A stretch of DNA of 64,000 bases, taken from Pyrodictiaceae archaeon. Lineage in GTDB: Archaea > Thermoproteota > Thermoprotei_A > Sulfolobales > Pyrodictiaceae. A model generated the notes under the pieces. It was not told where the DNA came from. It saw nothing but the letters and a program-made list of their open reading frames with translations, and ran no database searches. The position numbers and the translations under genes were made by a program. Below, piece by piece: positions 1-10,506 of the stretch; the first letter of the stretch is position 1, and each line of letters begins with the position of its first letter. The stretch is from positions 356,880 through 420,879 of the forward strand of contig JALVSY010000007.1 in the NCBI GenBank assembly GCA_027036135.1, read 5' to 3'.

Positions 1-444
1 TACGTAGGCGTATCCCTTGTCTATGAGGCCTTGTATGAACTCTATTATGTCGTCTATATGCTCGGTTACCCTAGGATGTATGTCTATGTGTATCTTTAGC
101 TTACTAAGCATATCCATATAGTCTCGTGAGTAATGGTCAACTATCTCTCTCCAGCCGCGGCCAGTCTCCTTGGCCTTGTTGATTATCTTGTCATCTATGT
201 CTGTGATGTTCTGTACATGGATAACATCGTATCCCCGAAGCACTAGATAGCGCTTAATCGCGTCAAAAGCTACATAGGTACGAGCATGGCCAAGATGAGA
301 ATAATCATAGACCGTTGGGCCGCACGTGTACATTCTCACTATTCCTGGTTCTAGCGGCTCGAAGTCTTCGAGCTTGTTACCGAAGGTGTTTCTAACCCTT
401 ATACGTGGTAGTTTTGGCCAGTTAAGTACTGGGGCCTTGAACAC
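1..444 (-). CDS. cysS: Cysteinyl-tRNA synthetase, 5' part (runs off window start)
   Basis: Manual minus-strand translation from GTG at 444 gives ...[30 protein letters not shown]...[10 protein letters not shown], the CysRS HIGH region. Confidence 0.95.
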   Translation of the reverse strand, partial: MFKAPVLNWPKLPRIRVRNTFGNKLEDFEPLEPGIVRMYTCGPTVYDYSHLGHARTYVAFDAIKRYLVLRGYDVIHVQNITDIDDKIINKAKETGRGWREIVDHYSRDYMDMLSKLKIHIDIHPRVTEHIDDIIEFIQGLIDKGYAYV

Positions 445-507
445 AATAACCCATCAACCCTCCCTAATCACTTAGCCCGGGAACTAGACCCCGTATAGGC
501 GATAGAG

Positions 508-1671
508 TTGAAAGCAGCAACGCTGGGTCTTGCTAGGAGAGTAGAAGAGCTACTTAAGCTTAAAAGAACTATGCTCTCTCGCCTAGAGTCAAGATTATCA
601 CGGAGGGAAGTAGAGGCAGCAAAGAAAGATCATCATGCAAGGAGAAAGCCTAGACCTTGTGGAATGACCATACATACCGGAATAGGGTGTAACCTCGGCT
701 GTCTCTACTGCTATGTCCCCGACATGGGGTTTCCCTTAAAGCCTTCTCCCTACCCATTGAGCGGCGAGCAGCTAGTGTATGCGCTCCTCTCTAACCCCTA
801 CTTTGTCCCCGGGCCTCAGGGCACATTGCTAGCTTTTGGCTCAGTTACAGAGCCTTTTCTCGAGGAAACCAAAGAGAGAGCCATAGAGTACCTAAAATAC
901 ACCCATGAGCACCTTGGGAATCCTCAACAGCTTTCAACAAAAGCCACGCTAAGTGACGACGAAATAGATTTGTTCGTGAAGAGCGTTGACCCTAACATAA
1001 ACATACTTGTTACGATAGTTACTCTCCGATACGCCAAGCTACTAGAGCCCAATGCACCTTTGCCCGATGAGAGAATGGCGTTTGCAGAGAAACTAGCCAG
1101 GCGTGGCATCAGCGTTACGCTGTTCATGAGACCCATTATACCTGGTATCACGGATAAGGAGGCAGAACATATTCTGATAAAGTCGCAGGAGCACGGTATA
1201 AGGAGTGTTGTTCTCGGGTCACTAAGAGTTACGCCAGGGATATTGAGAAGGCTCGAGGCTTCTAGGATAGTAGACGTAAACGAGATTAGAAGGAGACTTC
1301 CTCGTGCACCGCGTTCCAGTGGGGATCAGGTAACTATTATTGAGAATGATTTGAAAGAAAGAATAGCTAGGATAGCTCGTCGCCTTGGTCTTCAAGTGTT
1401 GCCTAGTAGTTGCTCCGCTAATGTCTGGTCACATAAGCTGTGGTGCTATGCTTGCAAATGGGGACCATGCGGTGATCCCTCAAACGCTATTGGGGTCTCG
1501 AGAGACGATATAGTAGCTGCTGCGGAGATACTGGGTTGTAATAAACCGCGTGTAAGTATCAAGAAATGGCTTGCGGAGCTGAGATGCAAGAGGATTACCC
1601 GTAGACCCGATGTTATAGCTGTGTGGCTTGAGACGCTTATTCGTAGGAGTGTTAGAGTACTAACATATTAG
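508..1671 (+). CDS. Radical SAM protein, spore-photoproduct-lyase-like (SPL) family
   Basis: CNLGCLYC motif; GSVTEPF, STK and RPIIPGITD motifs typical of SPL-like rSAMs. Confidence 0.75.
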   Translation: MKAATLGLARRVEELLKLKRTMLSRLESRLSRREVEAAKKDHHARRKPRPCGMTIHTGIGCNLGCLYCYVPDMGFPLKPSPYPLSGEQLVYALLSNPYFVPGPQGTLLAFGSVTEPFLEETKERAIEYLKYTHEHLGNPQQLSTKATLSDDEIDLFVKSVDPNINILVTIVTLRYAKLLEPNAPLPDERMAFAEKLARRGISVTLFMRPIIPGITDKEAEHILIKSQEHGIRSVVLGSLRVTPGILRRLEASRIVDVNEIRRRLPRAPRSSGDQVTIIENDLKERIARIARRLGLQVLPSSCSANVWSHKLWCYACKWGPCGDPSNAIGVSRDDIVAAAEILGCNKPRVSIKKWLAELRCKRITRRPDVIAVWLETLIRRSVRVLTY

Positions 1672-1722
1672 GGGCGCAAGGCAGGCACCTCTGGCCGGGT
1701 AAGTACTTGGTGGGCTAGTGCC

Positions 1723-2277
1723 TTGGAGCTTAGGCGCTTGTTTAACCTAATAATTGCGCACGAGCCAGGATACTATGCGTCAAGAGAGGCTCTTCGGACT
1801 ATACGGAGCATACTAGGCGGTGTGAGGCTCTTCGCTGCACCTCAGTCGCTTCTATTACTCAGCGTTGATAATCCGTATGAAGCAGTTGCCAAACTAGCCG
1901 CTAATTTGCCTAGTGACAGTGTGATCCTCAGAGCAGTACCCTTAGATGCGGTTACTACACCTTATCTTCGAGACGTTGACAAGGTCGTCAAGAAGCTATT
2001 AGCGGATAAGTACGGTGCTGAACCAGGTAAGACATTTGCTATACGGCTCGAGGGCCACCTAATCGACGAGGCTACCGGGAAGCGTCTCCACAAGGACAAG
2101 GCCATTAAAGTCCTGGCAAGCGGCATTGATAGACCAGTAAACCTTGATAATCCAGATATACTTGTGCTAGTCAAGGTTGTTAGAGCTTCAAGGGGGCTTT
2201 ATTACTCCAGTATAATGGTTGCTCCTCCTTGCTCCATATATTCTAAGGCTAAGAATCAGAAGGTCTGCATCTCTTAG
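1723..2277 (+). CDS. Stand-alone THUMP-domain RNA-binding protein
   Basis: ILRAVPLD...TFAIRLE...VNLDNPDILVLV THUMP signature. Confidence 0.75.
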   Translation: MELRRLFNLIIAHEPGYYASREALRTIRSILGGVRLFAAPQSLLLLSVDNPYEAVAKLAANLPSDSVILRAVPLDAVTTPYLRDVDKVVKKLLADKYGAEPGKTFAIRLEGHLIDEATGKRLHKDKAIKVLASGIDRPVNLDNPDILVLVKVVRASRGLYYSSIMVAPPCSIYSKAKNQKVCIS

Positions 2278-2312
2278 GAATAGATAGGGCCCAGTATCTT
2301 TTACAGCGACGC

Positions 2313-3887
2313 GTGTTCTCCCTTAATCACTTATTTCTCGGGAGAACTGCTGCCTTGGGTAAAGACCTTAATCTGGACCAAGGTAAGCTGCACCAAGTAG
2401 GCGTTGTAGTTGATAATGCTACTCCTATCAATACTAGGTTTGTGTCAAAGAATCCTCCAGCTATATCTGACTACGTACTAATTGAGCACAATGAGGGCTT
2501 CGTGCTGGGCTTCGTTGAGGCGGTTGGTACTCGGAGCTTGACGTTATCAGCTATGCAGAATGTCTATGACCCAGTTGTCTTAGAGAAGTTGTTTAGCTCG
2601 TCAAGCATAGATGACGTCTACTTCGAGTGCAGCGCGAGGCTCATAGGGACCATAGATCAGCTACGTATACCGAGGCTCCCTCCCCTCCCAGGCTCGAGGG
2701 TTTACCATGCACCCAGCGAGCTTCTCGCAGACATCTTCGGGGGAGAAGAGCCCCGATATGTTAGGATAGGTGTTCTCGCGGCTAGGCCAGAAGTCCCTGT
2801 CTATCTTGATGTAAACATGCTAGCTACGCGGCACGCTGCAATACTCGCTGTGACCGGTGCTGGGAAGAGCAACACTGTTGCTGTACTAGCTGACCGCTTG
2901 TCAAGGATAAACGCTACAATGATTATCTTTGACTTCCACGGAGAATACGTTGGCTCCGGTATTGCGCCCGGCAAGTTAAACATTATTAGCGCTAAGATAA
3001 GTCCGTGGACACTTAGCATTCAGGAGCTAATGACCCTTCTTGGCGTTGAGCGAAGATTTTACAACCAGGAGAGGGTGCTGAGGAAAGCTCTTGACGAGCT
3101 TAGCAACCGTGAAGAGCACGGGGCAAAGTTCTTTGACGAGCTAAGAGAGATCTTGGAGAAAATTAGTAATAGGAGCCGTATTAGGAGAGAGGAGGCGGTA
3201 GCGGCTATAGCTTTACAGAATAAGATAGATAATCTCCTTGACCGCTACTCGGAGATAATAGATGATGGCGCTCCAGACCTTGTATCGTTAATAAAGCCAG
3301 GTTATATCAACGTTGTTGATCTAAGCAGGGTTGATAGAGACGCTGCCGACGTAGTTGTTAGCCATATGCTTCGCGTAGTGCTAGCTGAGCGCAAGAAGCA
3401 TAGAATTAGCGGCTCCAGTAGAATTCCATTCCCCGTACTCATCGTTGTTGAGGAGGCTCACATACTGGCTCCTCGCGACGAGGATACCCTCACGAAGTAC
3501 TGGTTAGCCAGAATCGCTAGAGAGGGGAGGAAGTTCGGTGTCGGTTTAATAATTGTTAGCCAGAGGCCAAAGAACATTGATGCAGATATACTGAGCCAGG
3601 CTAATACAATGATCATTCTACGAATAGTTGAGCCAAGCGACCAGCGATACATACAGGCCGCAAGCGAGAGGCTTAGCGATGACTTGTTAGCGCATCTACC
3701 TTCTCTTAATATTGGAGAGGCTATAGTAGTTGGCCCCGCGATAAGGATCCCGGCCCTGGTAAAGATAGATCGTTTCGAGGGCGGGTTCGGGGGCTCAGAT
3801 ATAGACGTTGTATCGGAGTGGCTTAGCCTCAGTAAGCAGGAACAAGAGGGCATCGATATTAATGATCTTTGGTCCTCAATGTTATGA
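2313..3887 (+). CDS. herA: HerA bipolar DNA helicase/ATPase
   Basis: HAS barrel N-terminus, RHAAILAVTGAGKS, EEAH, AREGRKFG and SQRP motifs; adjacent to mre11/rad50. Confidence 0.93.
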   Translation: MFSLNHLFLGRTAALGKDLNLDQGKLHQVGVVVDNATPINTRFVSKNPPAISDYVLIEHNEGFVLGFVEAVGTRSLTLSAMQNVYDPVVLEKLFSSSSIDDVYFECSARLIGTIDQLRIPRLPPLPGSRVYHAPSELLADIFGGEEPRYVRIGVLAARPEVPVYLDVNMLATRHAAILAVTGAGKSNTVAVLADRLSRINATMIIFDFHGEYVGSGIAPGKLNIISAKISPWTLSIQELMTLLGVERRFYNQERVLRKALDELSNREEHGAKFFDELREILEKISNRSRIRREEAVAAIALQNKIDNLLDRYSEIIDDGAPDLVSLIKPGYINVVDLSRVDRDAADVVVSHMLRVVLAERKKHRISGSSRIPFPVLIVVEEAHILAPRDEDTLTKYWLARIAREGRKFGVGLIIVSQRPKNIDADILSQANTMIILRIVEPSDQRYIQAASERLSDDLLAHLPSLNIGEAIVVGPAIRIPALVKIDRFEGGFGGSDIDVVSEWLSLSKQEQEGIDINDLWSSML

Positions 3888-3937
3888 AGTACTACTGTAT
3901 ACCTAGGTTAGCTGGGTAGGGAGGGAAGCGAGGGCTC

Positions 3938-5116
3938 TTGGACTCCCTAGTAGTGCTCCATACATCTGATACTCATCTAGGATATCGCCAGTACGGCTTA
4001 TCCGAGCGCGAAATGGATATTTATGAGGTATTCGGCGAAATTATTGAAGCGGCTATAAGAGAGCATGTAGACGCTGTTATACATAGTGGTGACTTCTTTG
4101 ACTCAGTTAATCCCCCACCACAAGCCTATTACCATGCAATACCTTATCTTAGACAGCTCCGCGAAAAAGAGATACCCTTGATAGTTATCCCGGGGGACCA
4201 TGACATACCTAAGAGACGCGTCCTGCCCCCCTTGATGGTTCTTGAGCGCCTAGGCCTGTTGCAAGTAATAGGCCTAAGAGAGCCCGAGAAGCGGGATATT
4301 AGGCTGCGTAGGGGGGGACTACGCGTAGCGGGCTTTCGTAACACTAAGGGGCCTGGTGCTAGGCAGCAGCTTCTAAAGGCCTTGACGAGGCTTAGCCAGG
4401 ACAGCGAATATCCGTCGATCTTGGTTCTTCACCAGTCTCTTCGAGGGGTATCACCAGAGTATGAACTAGAGCTGGGCGAGCTGCCCAAGGGCTACTCGTA
4501 CTATGCCATGGGGCATATCCACCTCTACAAGAAGTACATGGTAGGTGAAAGCGCTGTAGTATACCCGGGATCCCCGGAGGCCCTTAGACGCGACGAGGCC
4601 GAGGCACAGCCAACCCGCTACATAGTTCTCGCCGAGATAGCTCCCGGTAAGACACTATCAAGCAGCAAGGTTAAGCTCACATCTCCTAGGCCTCAGCTTG
4701 TCTATAGGCACACGTATAGCAGCGACAAGGAGTTTAAATCATTCATAGCACGTGTTAGAGAAGAGGTGGTAAGGGCCGAGGCGAGGACCAAGAAGAAACC
4801 AATACTACATATAATTCTCGACAATGTTCCCAGGATGAAGAAGACATCGATATACGATGCGATTGATAGGCTTTTACGCACACATGTTTTAGCTCTCCGC
4901 ATCCAAGCAGTCACAAGAGACACTTCATTGCCAAGAACGGTTCAAGAGAGCACAGCTAACATAAACCATTACGAGATACTCAAAGAACTCTTAGGAGATG
5001 AGGGCCTAGCCAAGTTAGCACTAGAACTTATAGACACGCTAAGCCTTGATTCCAAGCAAGCCGCCATAATCCAGGCAGAGAAACTGCTTGCGAAGTACTT
5101 CGGCATAGAGGTGTAA
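3938..5116 (+). CDS. mre11: Mre11 nuclease
   Basis: SDTHLGYRQY, SGDFFD, PGDHD, GHIH and YPGSPE motifs. Confidence 0.93.
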   Translation: MDSLVVLHTSDTHLGYRQYGLSEREMDIYEVFGEIIEAAIREHVDAVIHSGDFFDSVNPPPQAYYHAIPYLRQLREKEIPLIVIPGDHDIPKRRVLPPLMVLERLGLLQVIGLREPEKRDIRLRRGGLRVAGFRNTKGPGARQQLLKALTRLSQDSEYPSILVLHQSLRGVSPEYELELGELPKGYSYYAMGHIHLYKKYMVGESAVVYPGSPEALRRDEAEAQPTRYIVLAEIAPGKTLSSSKVKLTSPRPQLVYRHTYSSDKEFKSFIARVREEVVRAEARTKKKPILHIILDNVPRMKKTSIYDAIDRLLRTHVLALRIQAVTRDTSLPRTVQESTANINHYEILKELLGDEGLAKLALELIDTLSLDSKQAAIIQAEKLLAKYFGIEV

Positions 5117-5123
5117 GACAGCA

Positions 5124-7853
5124 ATGATAATCGAGAGAGTAGAGCTAGAGAATGTTCTAAGCCATAGAAGGAGCGCTATAAGCTTAGGCCGAGGAATCAT
5201 TGCAATCGTGGGCCCTAACGGGGCAGGGAAAACCAGCATAATAGACGCTATCACATACGCACTTTTCGGTACACATAGCCGAGACCCTCGCAGCAAGAAG
5301 GATAGCATAATAAGACTTGGCGCACACTTCGCGAGGATAACCCTCGACTTCACACATAATGGCCGACAGTACCGGGTACAAAAACTCGTATCTAGGCAGG
5401 GAAGAACAGAGACACGCCTCTTCGAGATAAGCAATGGTAAGCCAAAACCAGTGGCAACCACGTCATCGACCGTTTTAGCTGAGTTAAGGAGAATACTTGG
5501 AATAGATCCCTCTGTAGCAGAAAGACTCGTCATCACTAGGCAGGGACAAATAGAGGAGATAATCACTAATAAGGATAAACGCCTTGACATCATAAACAGC
5601 ATTCTGAGGCTTAAGGCAATCGAGAAGGCATATGATAGGTTACCATACATTATACGCTCGCTGCAAAAAACCGTGAAGTATAAGAAGGAGGCTCTTCAAC
5701 GAGAAGAGGAGAGACTTAAACAAATCAAGAAAGACCTTGGAGAGCTAGAAAAGCTTCACAAAGAAGTCGCTGAAGCAAAGAAGCTACTAGAAATACGGGA
5801 AAAGAAGTACAGGGAGCTTAGAGAACAAGTAGATAGACTCAATGAAGAACTTAAGGATGTTGAGAAGAAACTTGCAAGACTCGCCGCTCTCAGAGACGAG
5901 TATGAGAGAACAAGGAAAGAGTTAGAGGAGCTAGAGGAGAAGATAAAGACCCTCGAGAGAGCCAGAGACGAGCTAAAAACTTATGAGAAAAAAGCCTCCT
6001 TAATAGAGGCTAAGAAGAAGCTACTATCACTCCTACGTAGAATAGAGCCCCTTAGAAACGAAGTCAACATCCTTAGCAGAGAGGTTGAGAACCTTCGCAG
6101 AACAGTCGCTGAGAAGGACTCATTAAAGCCATATGTAAGGGAATATGAGCGCCTAGAAGAATTCGTGAAAAACAACTCTGACGTTGAAAGACGATACCAT
6201 CTACTTAATGAAGAGATAAACGAGCTAGAAAGAAAGATAAAGGAAGTAGAGAAAAAGATCGAGCACGAGATAAGGATTGTTAGAGAAAAAGCTAAGAGCA
6301 TACTACCATTTAGTCCTCCTGAAAGCATCAATGAGTTGCTGGAATCCGCTCATAGCTTGCTAGATACTCTTAGAAAGCAGGAAGAGAAGCTCTCGGCAGA
6401 GAAGGAGCGCCTAGCATCAGATGTAGCTGTCTCGGAGAATAGAATAAGAGAGCTAGAAGATAAGCTGGAGAAGCTCAGCACTGCTAGAGGAGTTTGCCCC
6501 CTATGTAATAGACCGCTAAGTGATGAGGAGCGTGTACAGCTAATAATTAAGCTTAGGAGGGAGAAAGAGCAGGCTGATAGAAGGCGAAGAGAAGCCTTTG
6601 GCAAGCTTGTGCAGGTTTCAAAGCAGTTAGAGAAGTTACGCGAAGCAGTAGCGGAGGCCGAGAAGCTTGTACGTGAGGTTGAGGTAGCTGCTAAGACTGT
6701 TCAGAAACTTATGAATGAGTTGGAGGAACACAGGAAAGGGCTGAGAGAGAAAAAGTCCCAGCTTCTAGAGATATACGCTTCTTATAAAGAGTACCAAGAG
6801 GCCAGGGAGCGTTTGGAGAAGCTACAAGAGTATGTTCTTCGCTATAAGTCCCTACTCTATAAGGAATCTGAACTCCATCAATTAGAAAAGGAATTTAACA
6901 TGAAGCAAGAGCAATTGGAAAAAGAGCTAAGAGAGCTGGGAGAGGTCCTTACGGAGCTGCAGCTAAGCGAGCTTCCCGATATAGATGAGCTTGCAAACGA
7001 AATCAATGAGTTTACAGAGAACTTTGCAAAACTAAAGGAGAGAGTAAGGACGCTCGAGATTCTAGAACATCGCCGTGACTATCTAGTCTCGAGGCTTGGT
7101 GATTTCGAGAAGGAACTCAGGGAGCTAAGAGGATTGGAGGAGACTCGTGTGAAGCTGCTAGAATCACTATCGGCTAAGAAGAGGGAATTAGAGGAAATAG
7201 AAGAAGAGCTTACAGGTCTTAGGAGAAGGCTTGCCGAGATAGAGACTAGGATAAAGGTGCTTGAAGAGCGAAGAAAAGAGGCTGCTAGCCTTGAAAAGAG
7301 GATTCAAGAAATGCGACGTATATTGGAGAATTACGAGAAAGCACAAAGAGCACTGGAAAAGATAAAGCGCGCTCTTAGTCCACAAGGGTTGCCTAGGATT
7401 ATACGTGAGGCTGCTAAGCAGCGCTTAGAGCAGAGCCTTACCGAGATGCTTAACGAGTTCAATATAGACTTTGACTACGTGAAGCTAGACGAGGATTACA
7501 ATGTTTACCTAGTTACAAGGAATGGGGAGAAAAGCGTCCAGATGCTTAGCGGTGGAGAGAGAATAGCTCTCGCAATAGCCTATAGGCTTGCCCTTGCAAG
7601 GATTATTGGGGAAAGAGTAGAGTCTATGGTCATGGATGAGCCCACAGTGCACCTTGACGAGGAGAGGAGACGAGAGCTTATCTCTATTATTAAGCAAGGC
7701 TTAGAGGCTACTGGGCTGGCTCAACTAGTAGTTGTAACGCATGAAAGAGAGCTAGAAGAGGCCGCTGATAAAGTAATAGAGGTTAGAAGAGAACGCGATG
7801 AGAGCAGAGTTGTAGAACGCCTACCCTTTGCCTCACAGCTCGTAGAGGCTTAA
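5124..7853 (+). CDS. rad50: Rad50 ATPase
   Basis: GPNGAGKTS, long coiled coil with central CPLC zinc hook, LSGGE and DEPT. Confidence 0.95.
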   Translation: MIIERVELENVLSHRRSAISLGRGIIAIVGPNGAGKTSIIDAITYALFGTHSRDPRSKKDSIIRLGAHFARITLDFTHNGRQYRVQKLVSRQGRTETRLFEISNGKPKPVATTSSTVLAELRRILGIDPSVAERLVITRQGQIEEIITNKDKRLDIINSILRLKAIEKAYDRLPYIIRSLQKTVKYKKEALQREEERLKQIKKDLGELEKLHKEVAEAKKLLEIREKKYRELREQVDRLNEELKDVEKKLARLAALRDEYERTRKELEELEEKIKTLERARDELKTYEKKASLIEAKKKLLSLLRRIEPLRNEVNILSREVENLRRTVAEKDSLKPYVREYERLEEFVKNNSDVERRYHLLNEEINELERKIKEVEKKIEHEIRIVREKAKSILPFSPPESINELLESAHSLLDTLRKQEEKLSAEKERLASDVAVSENRIRELEDKLEKLSTARGVCPLCNRPLSDEERVQLIIKLRREKEQADRRRREAFGKLVQVSKQLEKLREAVAEAEKLVREVEVAAKTVQKLMNELEEHRKGLREKKSQLLEIYASYKEYQEARERLEKLQEYVLRYKSLLYKESELHQLEKEFNMKQEQLEKELRELGEVLTELQLSELPDIDELANEINEFTENFAKLKERVRTLEILEHRRDYLVSRLGDFEKELRELRGLEETRVKLLESLSAKKRELEEIEEELTGLRRRLAEIETRIKVLEERRKEAASLEKRIQEMRRILENYEKAQRALEKIKRALSPQGLPRIIREAAKQRLEQSLTEMLNEFNIDFDYVKLDEDYNVYLVTRNGEKSVQMLSGGERIALAIAYRLALARIIGERVESMVMDEPTVHLDEERRRELISIIKQGLEATGLAQLVVVTHERELEEAADKVIEVRRERDESRVVERLPFASQLVEA

Positions 7854-8798
7854 GGGTTCCCAGCACTCGCGACAAAATATGCTTGCTTCCTCCCATCCCC
7901 GGATATCTAGGCTATCCGTGAGCACCGTTTCAAGAACGATTTTTGAATTATTCTGTGTTTTTCTAAGCCTTAGAGGAAGCCCAGCTATAGGGACCTTCCT
8001 TACTAGCAAGTTTTCACGCTTTATAATTGGGTCTACACGACCCGCTTCAGACAAGTGCTTAGCTATCTCTACTACCTGGCTACGGCTTAGCGGGAGCAAT
8101 GAGTAAAGCCTTATGAGGCCTGCTTGTAGCTGTAGCTTAGCTAGTGACCCTGCTTTCTCTCTTAAATAACTAGCATAGTTTATTATAAATGCTGAGTTTC
8201 CGTGCTCATAGCTTAGTTTTTCCTCGCTAAGCCCTAGCTGCTTGCTGCATAACCTTATACCCCTGCTGTGACTATCCCTTGGCAGAATAGGGTATATCGT
8301 TTCGAAGCCCAGAATATCGTCCACAATAACTTCTACTGCATCCACTTGCTCACTTATTGATGATTCTACTAACTGGATTACCCCATAGCCTTCGAGAATT
8401 GTTCTCTTGGTTGATGTTATCACCGTGGCTCCGCGATACTCTAGACCGTAGAGGTCATAATGAGGACTCGTGTCAAGCACCATTATTATATTAGCACGGG
8501 TATAGGGCGGGTACGCGTGTACAAGATTTGCCCTAACCGGCGTCTCTGGTATGATTTCTTCCAGGCGCGGGTACAACATCTCTATCCGCATGTATGGGTC
8601 CTTATTATTAACGATCAAACACTTCTCTGCAGGCTCTGGGCTGGCATGTTCCAGGCTCTTGATTAAACCAGTATTGGCGCAAGTATATAGTTTCTCGCAG
8701 CTTGATTCTATTTCGATCCTTACATTTGTTTCTTGTTTAATGTATACAGCTATATCGCACATACCCACGTTGCTTGCCCTCAATAGTTCTTGATACAT
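7833..8798 (-). CDS. Hypothetical protein
   Basis: 321-aa ORF filling the gap, no recognised motif. Confidence 0.6.
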   Translation of the reverse strand: MYQELLRASNVGMCDIAVYIKQETNVRIEIESSCEKLYTCANTGLIKSLEHASPEPAEKCLIVNNKDPYMRIEMLYPRLEEIIPETPVRANLVHAYPPYTRANIIMVLDTSPHYDLYGLEYRGATVITSTKRTILEGYGVIQLVESSISEQVDAVEVIVDDILGFETIYPILPRDSHSRGIRLCSKQLGLSEEKLSYEHGNSAFIINYASYLREKAGSLAKLQLQAGLIRLYSLLPLSRSQVVEIAKHLSEAGRVDPIIKRENLLVRKVPIAGLPLRLRKTQNNSKIVLETVLTDSLDIRGWEEASIFCRECWEPLSLYEL

Positions 8799-8907
8799 GT
8801 GTACAGAAAATAAAGACTAATACATAGTTACTCTTGTTATACTTTTCGTTATTCATAACAGAAAAGCTTTTCATATTGTTCGACAATCCTTGGGCCGGGG
8901 GCTAAGA

Positions 8908-10302
8908 ATGAACGATAAGGGCCTAGAATTATTGAAAAATATTCGATGGCTTGAGCTTCATTTTACCGACTTAGCGGGCTATTTAAGAAGCGTTACTGTT
9001 GCGGCGCACGAGGTTGACAAGAAAGCCCTAGAGAAGGGCATGAATGTTCTTGACGGTAGTAGTGTTGAGGGCTTTACCTCAATTGATGAAAGCGATCTCC
9101 GTCTACGACCAATTATGGATACCCTGGCTATACTCCCTTGGAGAGAGCATGCTGGCAGAGTAATGTCAGAGGTATTCAGAGGCGACTCGAGATATCCTAG
9201 GGATCCTAGATACATAGCTGATAGGGCTTTAGGGCACCTTGATTCCCAGGGCTTAAAGGCGTATTTTGGCCCAGAAGTAGAGTTTATGCTTCTAAGCAAT
9301 GTTAGCTTTGATGTAGAGAACCCTGTTAACGGGCTTTGCTACCGGGTAGGCTCGATAGAGTACCCGGCTAAGGGAGAGAATAAGGGCTTTCAGAGAATCA
9401 AGAAGGCCTATCACACCCCAGAGCCGTTCAACGCAGTCTACGATATTATTAGAGAGATAGCTGAGACCCTTGAGGATAGTTTTGGGTTCCGTGTAGAAGC
9501 ATTTCACCACGAAGTAGCTGCACACGGACAAGCAGAGATTGATTTCCGGTTCGGAGACTTAAGAGAGACTGCTGATAGAGTCATGACTCTGAAGTATGTC
9601 GCACGCAACATAGCCGCTAAACACGGGCTATGGGCAGTCTTTATGCCAAAGCCATTCGCCGGAGACAACGGTAACGGTATGCACACTCATGTCAGCCTAT
9701 GGGATAAGTCTACAAACAAGAACCTATTCTACGACCCAAGCGACGAGTATGCAGAGATAAGCCAGACTGCTCGCTACTTCATAGGAGGACTCATCGAGCA
9801 CGGCAGGGCTGTAGCAGCACTAGTAGCACCAACCGTTAACAGCTATAGGAGACTGGTACCCGGCTATGAGGCCCCCGTATATCTGGTGTGGAGCAAGGCC
9901 AATAGAAGCGCTGCAATAAGAATCCCGAGCTATGGCATCGAGGGAGAGAAAGGAAAGCGTATAGAGTTTAGGCCACCAGACCCCAGCGCTAACCCGTATC
10001 TGGCCTTCGCCGCAATTCTAGCAGCTGGGCTTGACGGCATAAAGAAAAAGATAGAGCCAGGAGACCCGGTTGATAAGAACGTTTATGCAATGTCCGAGGA
10101 AGAGAGGAAGCGACTCGGCATCAAAGAGCTGCCAGGAAGCCTAGAGGAGGCACTAGACGAGCTTGAATCAGACAATGAGTTCCTGAAACCAATATTCACT
10201 AAGGAAGTCATAGAGGGCTTCATTGAGCTCAAGAGAAAAGAAGTACAAGAGTTAAGAGCGTATCCATCAGCAATGGAGGTCTACACATACTTCGCGCTTT
10301 AA
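8908..10302 (+). CDS. glnA: Glutamine synthetase type I
   Basis: DGSS, HHEVA, FMPKP, NGNGMHTH, NRSAAIRIP and RIEFRPPDPSANPYL. Confidence 0.97.
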   Translation: MNDKGLELLKNIRWLELHFTDLAGYLRSVTVAAHEVDKKALEKGMNVLDGSSVEGFTSIDESDLRLRPIMDTLAILPWREHAGRVMSEVFRGDSRYPRDPRYIADRALGHLDSQGLKAYFGPEVEFMLLSNVSFDVENPVNGLCYRVGSIEYPAKGENKGFQRIKKAYHTPEPFNAVYDIIREIAETLEDSFGFRVEAFHHEVAAHGQAEIDFRFGDLRETADRVMTLKYVARNIAAKHGLWAVFMPKPFAGDNGNGMHTHVSLWDKSTNKNLFYDPSDEYAEISQTARYFIGGLIEHGRAVAALVAPTVNSYRRLVPGYEAPVYLVWSKANRSAAIRIPSYGIEGEKGKRIEFRPPDPSANPYLAFAAILAAGLDGIKKKIEPGDPVDKNVYAMSEEERKRLGIKELPGSLEEALDELESDNEFLKPIFTKEVIEGFIELKRKEVQELRAYPSAMEVYTYFAL

Positions 10303-10451
10303 GGGAGACCAGCTCTCTTTTCATGCGGCTCTACTAGAGGCTTCTCCTATTACCTATCAATGTTAATCAATATAGTTTTCACATCCACATCCTTTAGGAA
10401 TAAGCGTAATAAGGATAGGGCATATTGACTATAATCCTTATGGCAAGGCTT

Positions 10452-10506
10452 ATGAGGAGGGCCCTGGGCGCAACCGATAAGTGAGGAAAAGGGGATGCCG
10501 AGCCGA
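10452..10506 (+). ncRNA. Putative box C/D sRNA overlapping the start of the next gene
   Basis: ATGAGGA-15nt-CCGA-taa-GTGAGGA-15nt-CCGA. Confidence 0.45.

Noticed and set aside
5650-7380. Repetitive GA-rich sequence
   Set aside because: Rad50 coiled-coil coding bias, not a DNA repeat.
7833-8798. Possible inverted nurA
   Set aside because: No NurA DGS/DG acidic motifs recognisable.
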